A stretch of 64,000 nt of DNA from Candidatus Poribacteria bacterium (GCA_965215265.1 OZ244048.1:1632001-1696000); one strand, 5' to 3'. Positions 1 to 10,494 are shown, numbered from the stretch's first letter. Made by a program: numbers and translations. The notes: generated by a model from the letters alone, not told the origin.

Positions 1-610
1 ACCAATCATGGGTTTCACCCTTGACGCTCACAGCCAACCGTTCCGACCAGGCGGCAATAGAGTGACACGTATCCCATCCGTTGCGCACTAGAAAAATAAA
101 ACGTGCATCTGAAAAAAGGGCTCTTACAAAATCTACTCTGAAAATAAGTTCGGGATACTTGTCAACCACCCGTTGTGAAAATGTACTGGCTAAATACGCA
201 CCGAACAATCGATGCGCCCGTTCACACATTTCGGGTGTGGCATCTTCAGAGACAAGGCGATATGTGGCGTGCGCTTGGCTGTAGTTGCCGATGATGTCCT
301 CGTGTGGATGGATGAGGTGCCATATCGCTTTCGGTTCATTCAGATACCCGACCTGCCGATGCATCGATAACACAATCCCTAAAATAGTCGAGCCACTGCG
401 CCCTGTTCCCAAAATAAAAATAGGTTTTTTAACCCGTTTAAATCGTACCCGACTCGCGTCGACAACTTTTAGCAGAGAAAAGACGAACGGATTTATCCAA
501 CGTCCCTTTGTAGTGACAGGCCTCCCTTCAAAAAGTGCATAACTGATGAGACGAGCCAGTACCTTTGTCGGACGCGTTTTGATATAAAGAGGATTCATTT
601 GAGCTATCAT
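1..610 (-). CDS. Sulfotransferase family protein (runs off the window edge)
   Basis: Manual translation from ATG at 610: MIAQMNPLY...KPIFILGTGRSGSTILG (5'-PSB loop)...VDKYP...FIFLVRNGWD; absent from the ORF track because it is open at the window end. Confidence 0.85.
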   Translation of the reverse strand, partial: MIAQMNPLYIKTRPTKVLARLISYALFEGRPVTTKGRWINPFVFSLLKVVDASRVRFKRVKKPIFILGTGRSGSTILGIVLSMHRQVGYLNEPKAIWHLIHPHEDIIGNYSQAHATYRLVSEDATPEMCERAHRLFGAYLASTFSQRVVDKYPELIFRVDFVRALFSDARFIFLVRNGWDTCHSIAAWSERLAVSVKGETHDW

Positions 611-935
611 ATTTTTGTATATTTCAGTTTTTGTATATTTCAGTTTTTGTATATTTCAGCCCTGTAACGCCTTAGGTTGTGTCAAATACTGTGAAAATCT
701 CGTCTGAGTTCTTCTATGTTTTTAGTGTCTCTGATTGTATATTTCAGCCCCATCAAGGGTTATGTTTTTTCGTATATCTCCGTCCCATAAAGGTTTATGT
801 TTTGTTAAATCCGATGTACATCTCGTGGCAGGTTAGGTATTCTTTATCTCTCCGTCAGGAGAGATAAGATTACCTTATCCTGCCAATCTATAGATACATC
901 TCGTTGGAGCCCTTCGTTGTTTTGAATCAAAAACG
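611..935. repeat. Mosaic cluster of family A arms with a family B palindrome (826-885)
   Basis: TTTTTGTATATTTCAG x3, further arms, GGCAGGTTAGGTATTCTTTATCTCTCC-GTCA-GGAGAGATAAGATTACCTTATCCTGCC. Confidence 0.8.
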
Positions 936-2012
936 CGGAGTGCTCGTCGAGGCAGCACAACGGCCCCTGCCAAATCGCCTTTTGAGCGTTTCGCGAATAT
1001 TCTTCATTCTGTCAAGGTTGAAGAGAAATGCCAAGCCTAATTTAATTGGAAAGGAAAACAGATCAAGTGCCAGTTTTATACGGTTTGGCCGGATGGAAAC
1101 CGAACTGTAGTTATGTTTTCTCATAACGGTTGCATTGAGCACTTGGCATAGGTAGATTTCAGCTGAACTGAGTCCATCTTTAGAGGCAGTGCTCTGCCAA
1201 CTGTTGGCTCGATCTGGATTTATCCCGAGTTGCTGCACATTATCTGCATTAACAGAAGATCCGACTTGGGGCACTTGAAGTAGTGTATCAGTATAAATAA
1301 TACCAACAAAATCACAAACTTGGCGAACAGTTGTTTCAGGATGCGCGAGAAGTTTCTCAAAGTAAATTGATAGAACCCGTTTACTGTCCACAAACCTATC
1401 GGCAGTCGTGACAGCAGTACGCCAGATTCGACTAATTGTTATCGGGTGATAATTAATCCAATCACGGAGCGTTTCTTTCATAGGCATATCGGTACCGCCA
1501 AGGAAGCGGCGTTTCCACTTCCGCTTCTGCGATAAAAGTACATCGCGCGGGTCACGTATCATGTTAATAATATGCGCTTCTGGATAAAGGCGAAGAATCT
1601 CATCAATGTAAAAGACATTACGCGGAGTCTGATCGCAGGGGATAGTTTTCTGATGCTCTGATGCCTCGTAAGAAAGAAACGCAAAAAAGAGGGCCGCCGG
1701 CGTTTCAGGAAATTCACACAATGCATCAAGGAAGGTCCGGGCGTTTTGTCTGTAACCACGTGGGTGAGCATGTGTCCGGTAGCCCTCCCGTTGAATGCAG
1801 AATAACTGTGAAGCCAATTCCTCTGCCGTCTTGTGAGATAACAAATTAGAGGCGGTTGTGGCTGAACATAACTGTCCGAAGAAATGGAGTTCCCCAAACG
1901 TATAAATCTCCGGATGTTTGCCCAAAATCCGTCCCATCATGGTTGTGCCGCTTCGGCTATTCCCTACCACAAATAGGATCTTATTTTGTTTTTTCGTATA
2001 TTTCAGTACCAT
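927..2012 (-). CDS. Sulfotransferase (Sulfotransfer_3-like)
   Basis: FVVGNSRSGTT PAPS-binding loop, DQTPRN, MIRDPRDVLLS 3'-PB motif; N-terminal MVLKYTKK is encoded by a repeat arm. Confidence 0.88.
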   Translation of the reverse strand: MVLKYTKKQNKILFVVGNSRSGTTMMGRILGKHPEIYTFGELHFFGQLCSATTASNLLSHKTAEELASQLFCIQREGYRTHAHPRGYRQNARTFLDALCEFPETPAALFFAFLSYEASEHQKTIPCDQTPRNVFYIDEILRLYPEAHIINMIRDPRDVLLSQKRKWKRRFLGGTDMPMKETLRDWINYHPITISRIWRTAVTTADRFVDSKRVLSIYFEKLLAHPETTVRQVCDFVGIIYTDTLLQVPQVGSSVNADNVQQLGINPDRANSWQSTASKDGLSSAEIYLCQVLNATVMRKHNYSSVSIRPNRIKLALDLFSFPIKLGLAFLFNLDRMKNIRETLKRRFGRGRCAASTSTPRF

Positions 2013-2030
2013 AAAGGTTTATGTTTTGCT

Positions 2031-2195
2031 TTTTTGTATACTAGAGCCCCACAACGGTTGATGTATTGTTAATCACTGTATAAATCTCGTCGGAGGTTCC
2101 TGATGTAATGAATCTAAACCTAGAAGAGCTCAGACGAGATTTGTGCTAAGGTTTACATAGCAGCAACTGGCATCGGGCTCCTATAGACGAAAGAA
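2031..2195. repeat. Family A full palindromic element
   Basis: TTTTTGTATA...AAATCTCGTCGGAG...GAATC...CTCAGACGAGATTT...TATAGACGAAAG. Confidence 0.85.
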
Positions 2196-2239
2196 CGAGA
2201 TTTGTGCGTCCACCCACCCAATTCCTTTCAAAGCGTTAA

Positions 2240-4015
2240 TCAGTGTTGGGCTTCTGTAGACAAAAGTACGAAAACTACCCCAAAGCTGTTTTTCGGAATT
2301 AAGAGTTGGCTACACTTCCCACTCCATTCCTGAATCTTCACCTCAATTTCTCCGGAGCCTTCCATTTCAGCGTTCCCTCCGTTTGTTGCCCTCAGGCTTT
2401 CATTCGCAACGTACCGGTAGGTAACTTGCCCATTGAACTGTTCTCCATCAATGACAAGATGCGGACGGTGTTCATCGCCGGTTCGATTGCTGACGAGAAT
2501 AAAAAGGCGCTCACTGCTTCCGATAGCTTGTGCCTGAATCCCAGTCATCTCTTTTCCGCTGTACTCAAGTTTGCCTTCAAGGAGAGGCAGATTTTGGATA
2601 GACAAACCGAACTGTGTCTCCGATTGTGCGAAAACTTCGCCGATTAATTGAAACGTAGGATAGACAGCACGTCGAATTGTTCTGCCACTAAAATTATCTG
2701 GAGAAGCTTTCGGTTCACCACCATATTTCCAAAAAGTGCCAGGTGTCGCGGGTGTTATCGGTGAAAAGGCGGGGAACCCTTTTCCGGGCCCAGCCAATAC
2801 ATGAAAGTTTGCTTGCGTCACTTGTGGGATACTCAACATTTTGAGAAAGAAATCGCCAACGTACATGGCATGGAGCTGCGTGTTCGCGACGCGATTCGCC
2901 GGGTTTGCGATATTCCATTCTGTCACCCACATCTCTTTGTCAGGGAATAATTGCTGGTAGTAATCCAGCGCATCGTCAACTGCGAAGTGAATCCAACCGA
3001 ACAGATAACCACGCATGTCCTCAATGTTTTTTTTGCGCACCGCTTTATACGCATAAACGTGAACGGTATAAGCATCATAAAAACTGGTATCTGCTGCTAA
3101 GCCGGCATCCCAGTTACGTTGGTACTTGTTTATCAACCAGCCTTCCTTGTGAAACGCAACCGGTGTGGCACAGACGGATACCTTGATATCAGGATTAACG
3201 GCTTTCATGGCTGCGGCATGTTTTTTGGCACGTGCCATATAAGTTTTAACAGAGGGATATTTGTTCAAGTAATGTGGCAAATAATACTCATTGCCGAGTT
3301 CCCAATGCGCAACCTGATACCCTTTGTTCTTTGCGTAGCGCACCCATGCGGCACTCTCTTTTGGGCTGCCTGTCCATAGATTGACAACAACAACAGGTGC
3401 TATGTTAAATGTATTACATAACCGCATAAAATCATCAAAAGCGATTCTGCCTTTCTTCCGCTTTTGAAGTTTAACGTAATTGTTCTTATTTCGTTTATTA
3501 AGTTTTGAACTGAGTGTTGCATCCATTTCATCCTCAAGAAATCCGGAGATCTGCCAATGATAGAAGTTGCCCACAGTGCCACCAGGGAAGCGCAATGTCT
3601 GCGGTTGAAGTGCTTGTGTTAAAGCGACAAAGTCAAAATCAATATATCCGTAATCTCCACTCATCATGTTTGTATTGAAGCCGTAGAGTTTTTTACGGAG
3701 GGGTTGTGTTGTGAGTGTGTCAATTTCCAAACGTGGGGCATCTGAGACAGGTTCTTGCTTGTCACAGCCAACACTCATTGATAGTATGATAACGCATCCA
3801 ATTGTAAGTTTTTGTATACTGGAGCCCAACCAAGCACGATGTTTTGAAAGGAATTGGATGGGTGGGCGCATAAATCTCGCCAGAGCCGTCCGATGTAATG
3901 ATTCAAATTTTTGTATATAGGAGCCCCGTAACGCTTTATGTTTTGTTAATGACTGTGTGAATCTTGTCGGAGGTTTTTGATGTTTAGATTCAATTTTTTG
4001 TAGACGAAAAATCAT
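2240..4015 (-). CDS. Clan GH-A glycoside hydrolase lipoprotein (GH79/GH51-like)
   Basis: LRFPGGT, WELGNE (acid/base), WVTEWN (nucleophile); lipobox SVGC; ATGA overlap with upstream gene; first ~70 aa are repeat-derived. Confidence 0.75.
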   Translation of the reverse strand: MIFRLQKIESKHQKPPTRFTQSLTKHKALRGSYIQKFESLHRTALARFMRPPIQFLSKHRAWLGSSIQKLTIGCVIILSMSVGCDKQEPVSDAPRLEIDTLTTQPLRKKLYGFNTNMMSGDYGYIDFDFVALTQALQPQTLRFPGGTVGNFYHWQISGFLEDEMDATLSSKLNKRNKNNYVKLQKRKKGRIAFDDFMRLCNTFNIAPVVVVNLWTGSPKESAAWVRYAKNKGYQVAHWELGNEYYLPHYLNKYPSVKTYMARAKKHAAAMKAVNPDIKVSVCATPVAFHKEGWLINKYQRNWDAGLAADTSFYDAYTVHVYAYKAVRKKNIEDMRGYLFGWIHFAVDDALDYYQQLFPDKEMWVTEWNIANPANRVANTQLHAMYVGDFFLKMLSIPQVTQANFHVLAGPGKGFPAFSPITPATPGTFWKYGGEPKASPDNFSGRTIRRAVYPTFQLIGEVFAQSETQFGLSIQNLPLLEGKLEYSGKEMTGIQAQAIGSSERLFILVSNRTGDEHRPHLVIDGEQFNGQVTYRYVANESLRATNGGNAEMEGSGEIEVKIQEWSGKCSQLLIPKNSFGVVFVLLSTEAQH

Positions 4016-5361
4016 AAGGTTATCCTCAGCGGTTTATAGGTTTGGCGTGCAGAATCGCTGGCGAACATCAATCCGGCACAGAGCCAGAAGTAAAATCCGT
4101 AGCCTCGAAATTCCAGCGTCCGATTAAAAAAGAGCAAAAACACTGTAACGGCTATCAGGCAGAGCATCACCAGCGCCAGTTCCTTTGTGTATTTACTGAC
4201 AGTCCGCTGATAGAGATTCCAGGCCGCGCTGAAAAGAAAATAAAATATCAGAGCAAACAGAACTAATCCTAAGACACCATAGAAGCAGAGGATAGCCACC
4301 CAATATACATCCTTGAATCCTTTTTTACTCAGAATTTTTAGTAGGAAGGAACGTTTGCTCATGTTGAGTTTTTCGATTGTACTGTTCTGATCTGCACCGT
4401 ATCCCAAAAATGGCTTATTTGCTAAGACTGTCGGGACATTTCCAATTAAAGCCCCCAATCGCTGTTTTTGTGCAACGCGCACATAGGAACCCGAAAACAC
4501 GCCTGTTAGGTTTCCAACCATCCCAACCCTTGCTTTACGTGGGTTGATGTACTCCAAGTTAAATGGATTCACTATTGCCAAGAGAACCCCAAAAATAAGT
4601 AGTGTAGCGAGGGCTAAGCGAAGTGCCTTTTTCCAGCCGTAGTGAAAATAGTACCACGCTGCACAAGCGAGCATTGCCGAAAAGGTTGCGGCGCGTGAAT
4701 ACGAACGCGCAATAAAGAATAATAACACGACGATACCTAATAGGTTAAGGTACTCCAGCCTCTTCACGCGAGACAAATAGATGATGAGCACGATAATCAT
4801 AAAAACGCCGTAAATTACCGTATCACCTAAGGTACCGTAGATGCTACCTATTTCCCGGCCAAGTTCAAGGAGCCTATATTCTTTCGTAAACCCACCGACC
4901 TCAAGCGTTGATTCGCGTGGTAGAAAGAAATCGAACGCCGGAGGTCCACCAACCCACTGAATTCCACCTGCAGCGAGCTGCACCAGCCCAACCCCCAAAA
5001 TTATTCGTAATAACGTGGCAATCCGTCTTTCTGAGAGGGATGAATTCGCAATGAGATAGAAAAGCACAATATAGCGCGCAAACGGACGGATGTTGTAGAG
5101 ACTCCCTATCAGAGGTGAACGGTTCACTACCATTGAAATCAGCACAACTATATAGAAACCGATAACCGGGAGATCGATTGCCGTTTTAACAAACGGGATG
5201 CCTCTATAAAATTTATGGATGACAAGTTTTCCAAATGCTACATAGATGAGTAGTTCACCTAGAAATCTTAAATAGGAGTAAGTGGCATCACTCACAGGAA
5301 GAAACTTCAACACAAATTCTTCAAAAGCGACGTACCCTGTCAGAAAGTAGATGACGATCAT
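4012..5361 (-). CDS. O-antigen ligase/Wzy polymerase-like membrane protein
   Basis: Many TM segments, SYSRAA motif, PFLGYG loop; ATG at 5361 preferred to the repeat-derived TTG at 5406. Confidence 0.75.
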   Translation of the reverse strand: MIVIYFLTGYVAFEEFVLKFLPVSDATYSYLRFLGELLIYVAFGKLVIHKFYRGIPFVKTAIDLPVIGFYIVVLISMVVNRSPLIGSLYNIRPFARYIVLFYLIANSSLSERRIATLLRIILGVGLVQLAAGGIQWVGGPPAFDFFLPRESTLEVGGFTKEYRLLELGREIGSIYGTLGDTVIYGVFMIIVLIIYLSRVKRLEYLNLLGIVVLLFFIARSYSRAATFSAMLACAAWYYFHYGWKKALRLALATLLIFGVLLAIVNPFNLEYINPRKARVGMVGNLTGVFSGSYVRVAQKQRLGALIGNVPTVLANKPFLGYGADQNSTIEKLNMSKRSFLLKILSKKGFKDVYWVAILCFYGVLGLVLFALIFYFLFSAAWNLYQRTVSKYTKELALVMLCLIAVTVFLLFFNRTLEFRGYGFYFWLCAGLMFASDSARQTYKPLRITL

Positions 5362-5672
5362 TCTTTTGTTTTTTTGTATACAGGAGCCCGTAAAAGGCTG
5401 CTGCAATGTTAAATCCTTTACAAATCTCGTCGGAGATTTTCGATGCTATGATTCATTCTTTCGTCTCTCTCCGTACCATCAACGCCCAGTGGGTTGCGAG
5501 TAAAAGGTAATCCCAGTGGGTTGGCAAGTCTCGCAACTTATGATTTTGCTGGCTCGTGTGTAAATCTCGTTTTTTTGTATACAGGAGCCCGTTCAAAGGC
5601 TGCTGTTATGCTAAAACCTGTGTCGAGTTTGTTCATTGCATCAATTCGTGTCGTGCTCCTGTAGACGAAATA
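5362..5672. repeat. Mosaic family A/B cluster
   Basis: Arms starting ~5370, ~5457, ~5570; CCCAGTGGGTTG x2. Confidence 0.75.
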
Positions 5673-6819
5673 CTGTGTCCCAATGTGTCAAATCTTTGCC
5701 GAGCAATTCAGCCAATTGCTGATTAAACGGTTGAAAATAAGCGCGCAATTCTTGGTGCGTCTCGGGAGCAATTGGCGGTGGTGTCCACGGTTTGTCGTTC
5801 CAACTCAGAATTGCCTTTCTCAGTTTGTAGGCGGTAGCGTCTGGCACAAGTTTACGTATTGCACGTCTCAGTGGGTTGTGAGATGCCAAAAATTGTGTAA
5901 ACAGAAAGTTGAACCGCTCGGAACGCGGCATAGCAGCTTGGTTATGCCGCTGTGCTATTATTGGCTCAAAACCTGGGAAGATACCGAGTTGGCTAAAGAG
6001 CGCTTGGCAAATAGCGAGTGCATTGTCCTTCAAGTTTTCCGTAAAGATGAAGTGAAGCTGTTCAGCATCAAACTTCTCAATCAAATTTTTAACGTGAGGA
6101 TAGTAGGTACTGTTATAGCGATAGGCACACTGCCGCCATTTAAACCAACCCTCCTTAAGACGCGCCTCCTCCGCCGCAAGGGCCTCTTCAAACGTTTTAA
6201 GGGTTTCCCAGCCTCTACGCCGCGCCCACCAATAGGCTGAATATGCGCGTGCGACAGGCTCCCGTAAGAGAACAACAAGTTGTATCCTCGGGTTATGCTC
6301 ATAAATACGATGCATAATATTAGGTGAGTGCATCACCATCACATTTTTGGCAATGAGTTTTTTTGATTTTTTGTATATCTCGGTACCGTCATCGCGTTTG
6401 TTTTGATGGCTCGGTTTTTTGTCTATCTCCGTACCATCAATGTTTATGTTTTGAGGGTTCTGATGTAAATCTCGTCGGAGGTTTTCTCTGTTATGATTCA
6501 TAACATCGGGAGGCTCTAGCGAGGTTTGTGCTAGGGTGTCCATTGCAGCAGCCTTGTTGCGGGCTGCACTATCCGAAAAATCTCGTCGGAGGCTTTCTCT
6601 GTTTAGATTCACTGAATTCTCTTGTTCAACTGCAGAGAAAGTAAAGTATTTGGCATAAGCCCACTCGTACCCTCGTGAGTATTCCCGGTCTTGCAGGAAA
6701 AAGGTCATCTCAGGCTGTGAATGCGTCCTGATATCTGGATGCTGTGCCAAATAACGCAGCAGAGAAGATGTTCCGGCTTTCTGGACACCGATAATCATAA
6801 GTTGAATTGGCTTAACCAA
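5641..6819 (-). CDS. Sulfotransferase (heparan-sulfate ST-like domain) with in-frame repeat insertion
   Basis: IIGVQKAGTSSL, PEMTFF, LLREPVARAYS; ~85-aa insertion at ~6360-6615 relative to the neighbouring paralog. Confidence 0.85.
   Translation of the reverse strand: MVKPIQLMIIGVQKAGTSSLLRYLAQHPDIRTHSQPEMTFFLQDREYSRGYEWAYAKYFTFSAVEQENSVNLNRESLRRDFSDSAARNKAAAMDTLAQTSLEPPDVMNHNRENLRRDLHQNPQNINIDGTEIDKKPSHQNKRDDGTEIYKKSKKLIAKNVMVMHSPNIMHRIYEHNPRIQLVVLLREPVARAYSAYWWARRRGWETLKTFEEALAAEEARLKEGWFKWRQCAYRYNSTYYPHVKNLIEKFDAEQLHFIFTENLKDNALAICQALFSQLGIFPGFEPIIAQRHNQAAMPRSERFNFLFTQFLASHNPLRRAIRKLVPDATAYKLRKAILSWNDKPWTPPPIAPETHQELRAYFQPFNQQLAELLGKDLTHWDTVFRLQEHDTN
6358..6615. repeat. Family A arms inserted in-frame in a sulfotransferase
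   Basis: TTTTTGTATATCTCGGTACC, TTTTTGTCTATCTCCGTACC...AAATCTCGTCGGAGG...GATTC...AAATCTCGTCGGAGG. Confidence 0.85.
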
Positions 6820-6946
6820 AGTGCATTTCCTCGCAATTTTTTGTATATTTCAGCCCTATAAAGGCTGCTGCTTTGATAAGTCCCTTAGAAACCTCGCCAG
6901 AGCCATCTTATGCTATGCCTAAGTAACCTCAGTGCCGGGGCACGCT

Positions 6947-7876
6947 CTATTTATACACGTCCCACGGCACCGGTTTCCCAATTAATGCTCCCAATTTGCG
7001 GACATCAGTTTTGTAGTAATTGACTAAGCGTTGCCGAGTCTCTTCTGAAAGGTAGACATCCTCGCTTGACTGCGTGTTTAGCCGGAGATAGACGGGCTCA
7101 ATTGTCTTTCGTATCATCCGCAACGGGTTGTGAATCATCGGTTTATTATGTGTCCACTGCCGCAGTTGAAAACGGAACCACCTATATTTCCGGTGGAGCG
7201 CCGAATTCCGCATCGTTTCTGTGCGATTAGCAACTTTAAAGACGTAATCCTTATAAAATTCCGCATCCATACCTGCAAAGCGACATACGTCTGCCAAAAC
7301 TTTGAAGGGTTGTGTGGCAATATCCTCGTAAAAGAGAATATGGATGCGCGCAGCATTAAATTTCTCAAAGTACTGCTTCAAATAGATAGCATAGCATCCC
7401 TGCTGAAGTGTTTGCAAGTGTTGTTCTTTTACGCTGTTCTCCATCTTGAACAGTTGTTCTACGTACGCATCAAAACTGAGGGTTTGTGCTAATTTCCCGA
7501 TCTGTTTAGCGAACCGGTACCACGAGATTAAGCGTGAAATCGGTTCGCGGAGACTGAAAACGAGTTTAGCGTGCGGAAGAAATGCCGCAATTCTTCCGCA
7601 AGCGCTCGTGCAATATAGATAATCCGGGGTTGATTCAAGCCGAAGTTGGTTCTCATTACCCGACGGAAATAAGAGATTGTATTTTTCAACATCCCCGCTG
7701 TATCGGTACTTTGACGGAAGTGGATAAGTAGCATCAAGAAAGAAGCGGGTTTCCTTGTAAGTTGCGGCACAAATTGCCGGATGATCGGCGAGGTAAGCGA
7801 ACAGTGATGTCGTCGCCGCCTTTGTTGTTCCCCCGATAATGAGATAGGGGTAATTGCCGACACTGGCGTTCTTCAA
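6947..7876 (-). CDS. Sulfotransferase (Sulfotransfer_1-like)
   Basis: IIGGTTKAATTSL, KETRFF, ESTPDY, LREPISRLISWY. Confidence 0.88.
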   Translation of the reverse strand: MKNASVGNYPYLIIGGTTKAATTSLFAYLADHPAICAATYKETRFFLDATYPLPSKYRYSGDVEKYNLLFPSGNENQLRLESTPDYLYCTSACGRIAAFLPHAKLVFSLREPISRLISWYRFAKQIGKLAQTLSFDAYVEQLFKMENSVKEQHLQTLQQGCYAIYLKQYFEKFNAARIHILFYEDIATQPFKVLADVCRFAGMDAEFYKDYVFKVANRTETMRNSALHRKYRWFRFQLRQWTHNKPMIHNPLRMIRKTIEPVYLRLNTQSSEDVYLSEETRQRLVNYYKTDVRKLGALIGKPVPWDVYK

Positions 7877-9189
7877 TCTGGTGCCCCCAATATTCTAACT
7901 CCTGTTTTGCTGAGCAAGTAGGTTAAGTTAGCAACAGCGATGAGTGCAGCTAGCGAAACAGAGAGTGCGATGCCAATAAGTCCCCACGTCGTTGCCAGTA
8001 AGGCCGCTATTCCGAAGTTTAAAACCGCCATCGTTACCATATTTCTAAAGACAAGGCGATAAGCCTTTTGTGCGTAGAGTCCTGCATTCAGAACCGGAAT
8101 CATACATGAAAAAACGATACCGAGCCCCAGCCAAACGAGGAGCGGTGATATCTGCTGCGCGTAGTGCTGAGCAGAAAAAAAAGATTCAACTATTTTCGGC
8201 TGGCCCAGCAGCAGCAAAAGCGCCGGAATCCCAACCCATACAGCAGCGCGCACGTTTCTATGGAGCGTTCGTGCCAGCCTCGATTTATCTGTTGCTACAT
8301 CATGCTGTGCCATCTCCGGCAAACCCGTTGTGGCGATGCTGATACCGATAACTGTTTGTATTGCAGAAAAGATGCGGAAAGCACTGTTGTAGCGTGTAAT
8401 CGCTCCGGTTCCGAGTCTACCTACCAAATACACCTCAACCAACAATCCAGAAATCACCCGCCGAATCGCGAAGCCGAGCGTCGGCAAGGAGATTGTGTTT
8501 TTTAAAGATTGCAATATATCTCTGGGGGACCACGCCAATTGGTAACGGTGCCCCGTTCGATAGATTCCAAAGTACAAAAGCCCGAAATATCCGAGAAACC
8601 CTACTGTATAAGCTATAGCTACCCACCGCGCGAGGGGACCTATATGCCAAAACAGCAAAAATGTTATTGTTGCCAATCCCGCAGGCAGTGCATTTCGCAA
8701 GGCAACGAGTCTGAAACGTTTTTGGCTATTCAAAAAGGCACCAAGTATCGTACTGCCGCAACCGAAGATAATGAGGGGTGCACAAAGCCGTAGAAATATT
8801 ATCATCTCTGACCTCGCTTCTGGCAATCCTCGTAGCAATCCGGATGCTATCCACGGGGCAACCGCTTCAACGAGAAGCATCATTCCAACCCCGATACAGA
8901 GCATGAAGTTAAGCAAGCAGTTCGTCCAACGTTGATATGCAGCACGGCTTAATGTCTTTTCTTGTTCAAGAAACAGCGGAACAAGACTAAATTTAGCACC
9001 TTCTCGGATAACGGTGTCGACTAACAGCGTGACCTTTAAGGCAGTAACCAAGGCATCGGCAGTGCTACTTAGGTTGAACCGGGTCGGAATCAATTTGACA
9101 TGTACGAGAAGTCCGAAACCCATTCCGCCTAGGGTAATTATCATTACCCATGAAGTCGGTAGTTGCAAGAAGCGTTTGTAGAATGCCAT
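7873..9189 (-). CDS. MurJ/MviN-like (MOP superfamily) flippase
   Basis: About 12 TM segments, ADAL...FSLVPLF, LNSQKRF; lies within a polysaccharide cluster. Confidence 0.75.
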   Translation of the reverse strand: MAFYKRFLQLPTSWVMIITLGGMGFGLLVHVKLIPTRFNLSSTADALVTALKVTLLVDTVIREGAKFSLVPLFLEQEKTLSRAAYQRWTNCLLNFMLCIGVGMMLLVEAVAPWIASGLLRGLPEARSEMIIFLRLCAPLIIFGCGSTILGAFLNSQKRFRLVALRNALPAGLATITFLLFWHIGPLARWVAIAYTVGFLGYFGLLYFGIYRTGHRYQLAWSPRDILQSLKNTISLPTLGFAIRRVISGLLVEVYLVGRLGTGAITRYNSAFRIFSAIQTVIGISIATTGLPEMAQHDVATDKSRLARTLHRNVRAAVWVGIPALLLLLGQPKIVESFFSAQHYAQQISPLLVWLGLGIVFSCMIPVLNAGLYAQKAYRLVFRNMVTMAVLNFGIAALLATTWGLIGIALSVSLAALIAVANLTYLLSKTGVRILGAPD

Positions 9190-9460
9190 TTTTTGTATAT
9201 TTCAGCCCTGTAACGCTTTTTTGTATATTTCCGTACCGTCAACGCTTATGTCGTGGGTACTCGTGTGTAAATCTCGCTCGTGGTCGGCAGGAAAAGATAA
9301 TCTTTGTCTCTCCTTGCAGGAGAGACAAGAAAACCTTACCTGCCGATCAGAGGCTTCTTATGTATTGAATCTAAACCTCGGAAGGCTCTGGCGAGGTTTG
9401 TAAAGTTTTTATCACAACATAGAGCGTTGATGTGCTACAGTATATGAAAAAGCGGTTTTA
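9190..9460. repeat. Family A element interrupted by a family B palindrome (~9284-9347)
   Basis: Arms at 9190 and 9218; GGCAGGAAAAGATAATCTTTGTCTCTCC...GGAGAGACAAGAAAACCTTACCTGCC; right arm to ~9450. Confidence 0.8.
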
Positions 9461-9498
9461 GTAATGTACAGCATGATAGTAGCTTACCGGATAAAAAA

Positions 9499-10494
9499 CT
9501 ACTTCCACCCCTCTGGCAGATTTTTGTGAATCTCAATATCAGTAAACCCAGTGGGAGGACGTGCGCCAATTGATTTCACCCATGTCGCCATTCTGTTCAA
9601 TCCTTCTTCAATAGAGACTTCAGCGTTAATCCCAAAAACCTTGCGAAATTTATCATGCGAACAATACGCGTGTTTCACCTCTTCTCTAGCCCGAAGGTGG
9701 ATTATCGGCACCTCTTTCCCCATCACTTTCATAACCAGTTCCGCTAACTCGTTAACACTCACCGGTTTATCGGAACCGACGTTAAAAATTTGTCCCGATG
9801 CGGCTGGTATGTCTACCGAGTGTGCAATGTGCGGGGCAACATCGGCAATATGCGTGTAAGCCCGGGTCTGCTCACCATCTCCAAATATGCGTAACGGTTC
9901 ATCACGCAGAATGTTATTCATGAAGATGCCGATAACATTTCGATACTTATCACTGATATTTTGTCCTTCGCCATATACGTTATGGGGACGGAAGATTGTG
10001 TAATCAAGGTCAAAGAGTCGTTTAGAGACAGCGAGTTCTTGTTCTACCGCATATTTGGCAATTCCGTAGGGATCCTCTGGCATAGGTATTAGTTCTTCAT
10101 GCATCGGCAATTGGTTTGTCCCATACACTGCAATGGAAGAGCTGAACACAAAATGCTTGACGTTGTAATTTACCGCTGCGTTTATCAGATTGACACTGCC
10201 GATGAGGTTGTTTTGATAGTTAAATCGCTTGATAAAGTGGCTCAGGCCCTCGGCAGCATAAGCTGCAAGGTGATAGATATAACTGAATTCGTACTGTTCA
10301 CAGAGTTGATTAACCAGCGATACATCCAAGATACTGCCATCGACGAACGTCGCCTCGGGGTTCATGTTCTCATGAAAACCACCGCTCAAGTCGTCAAGCA
10401 CGACAACCTGATGATTCAGATCGCGTAGAAGTTCGTCAACGACGTGTGCACCCATAAAGCCTGCACCGCCGGTAACCAATGAGTTTTTTTTCAT
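9499..10494 (-). CDS. NAD-dependent nucleotide-sugar epimerase/dehydratase
   Basis: TGGAGFMG, YGIAK (YxxxK), HNVYG, GDGEQTR. Confidence 0.92.
   Translation of the reverse strand: MKKNSLVTGGAGFMGAHVVDELLRDLNHQVVVLDDLSGGFHENMNPEATFVDGSILDVSLVNQLCEQYEFSYIYHLAAYAAEGLSHFIKRFNYQNNLIGSVNLINAAVNYNVKHFVFSSSIAVYGTNQLPMHEELIPMPEDPYGIAKYAVEQELAVSKRLFDLDYTIFRPHNVYGEGQNISDKYRNVIGIFMNNILRDEPLRIFGDGEQTRAYTHIADVAPHIAHSVDIPAASGQIFNVGSDKPVSVNELAELVMKVMGKEVPIIHLRAREEVKHAYCSHDKFRKVFGINAEVSIEEGLNRMATWVKSIGARPPTGFTDIEIHKNLPEGWK

Noticed and set aside
2031-2195. Family A variability caused by DGR adenine mutagenesis
   Set aside because: Conserved A and T runs occur on both strands and many variable sites are two-state, unlike A-to-N
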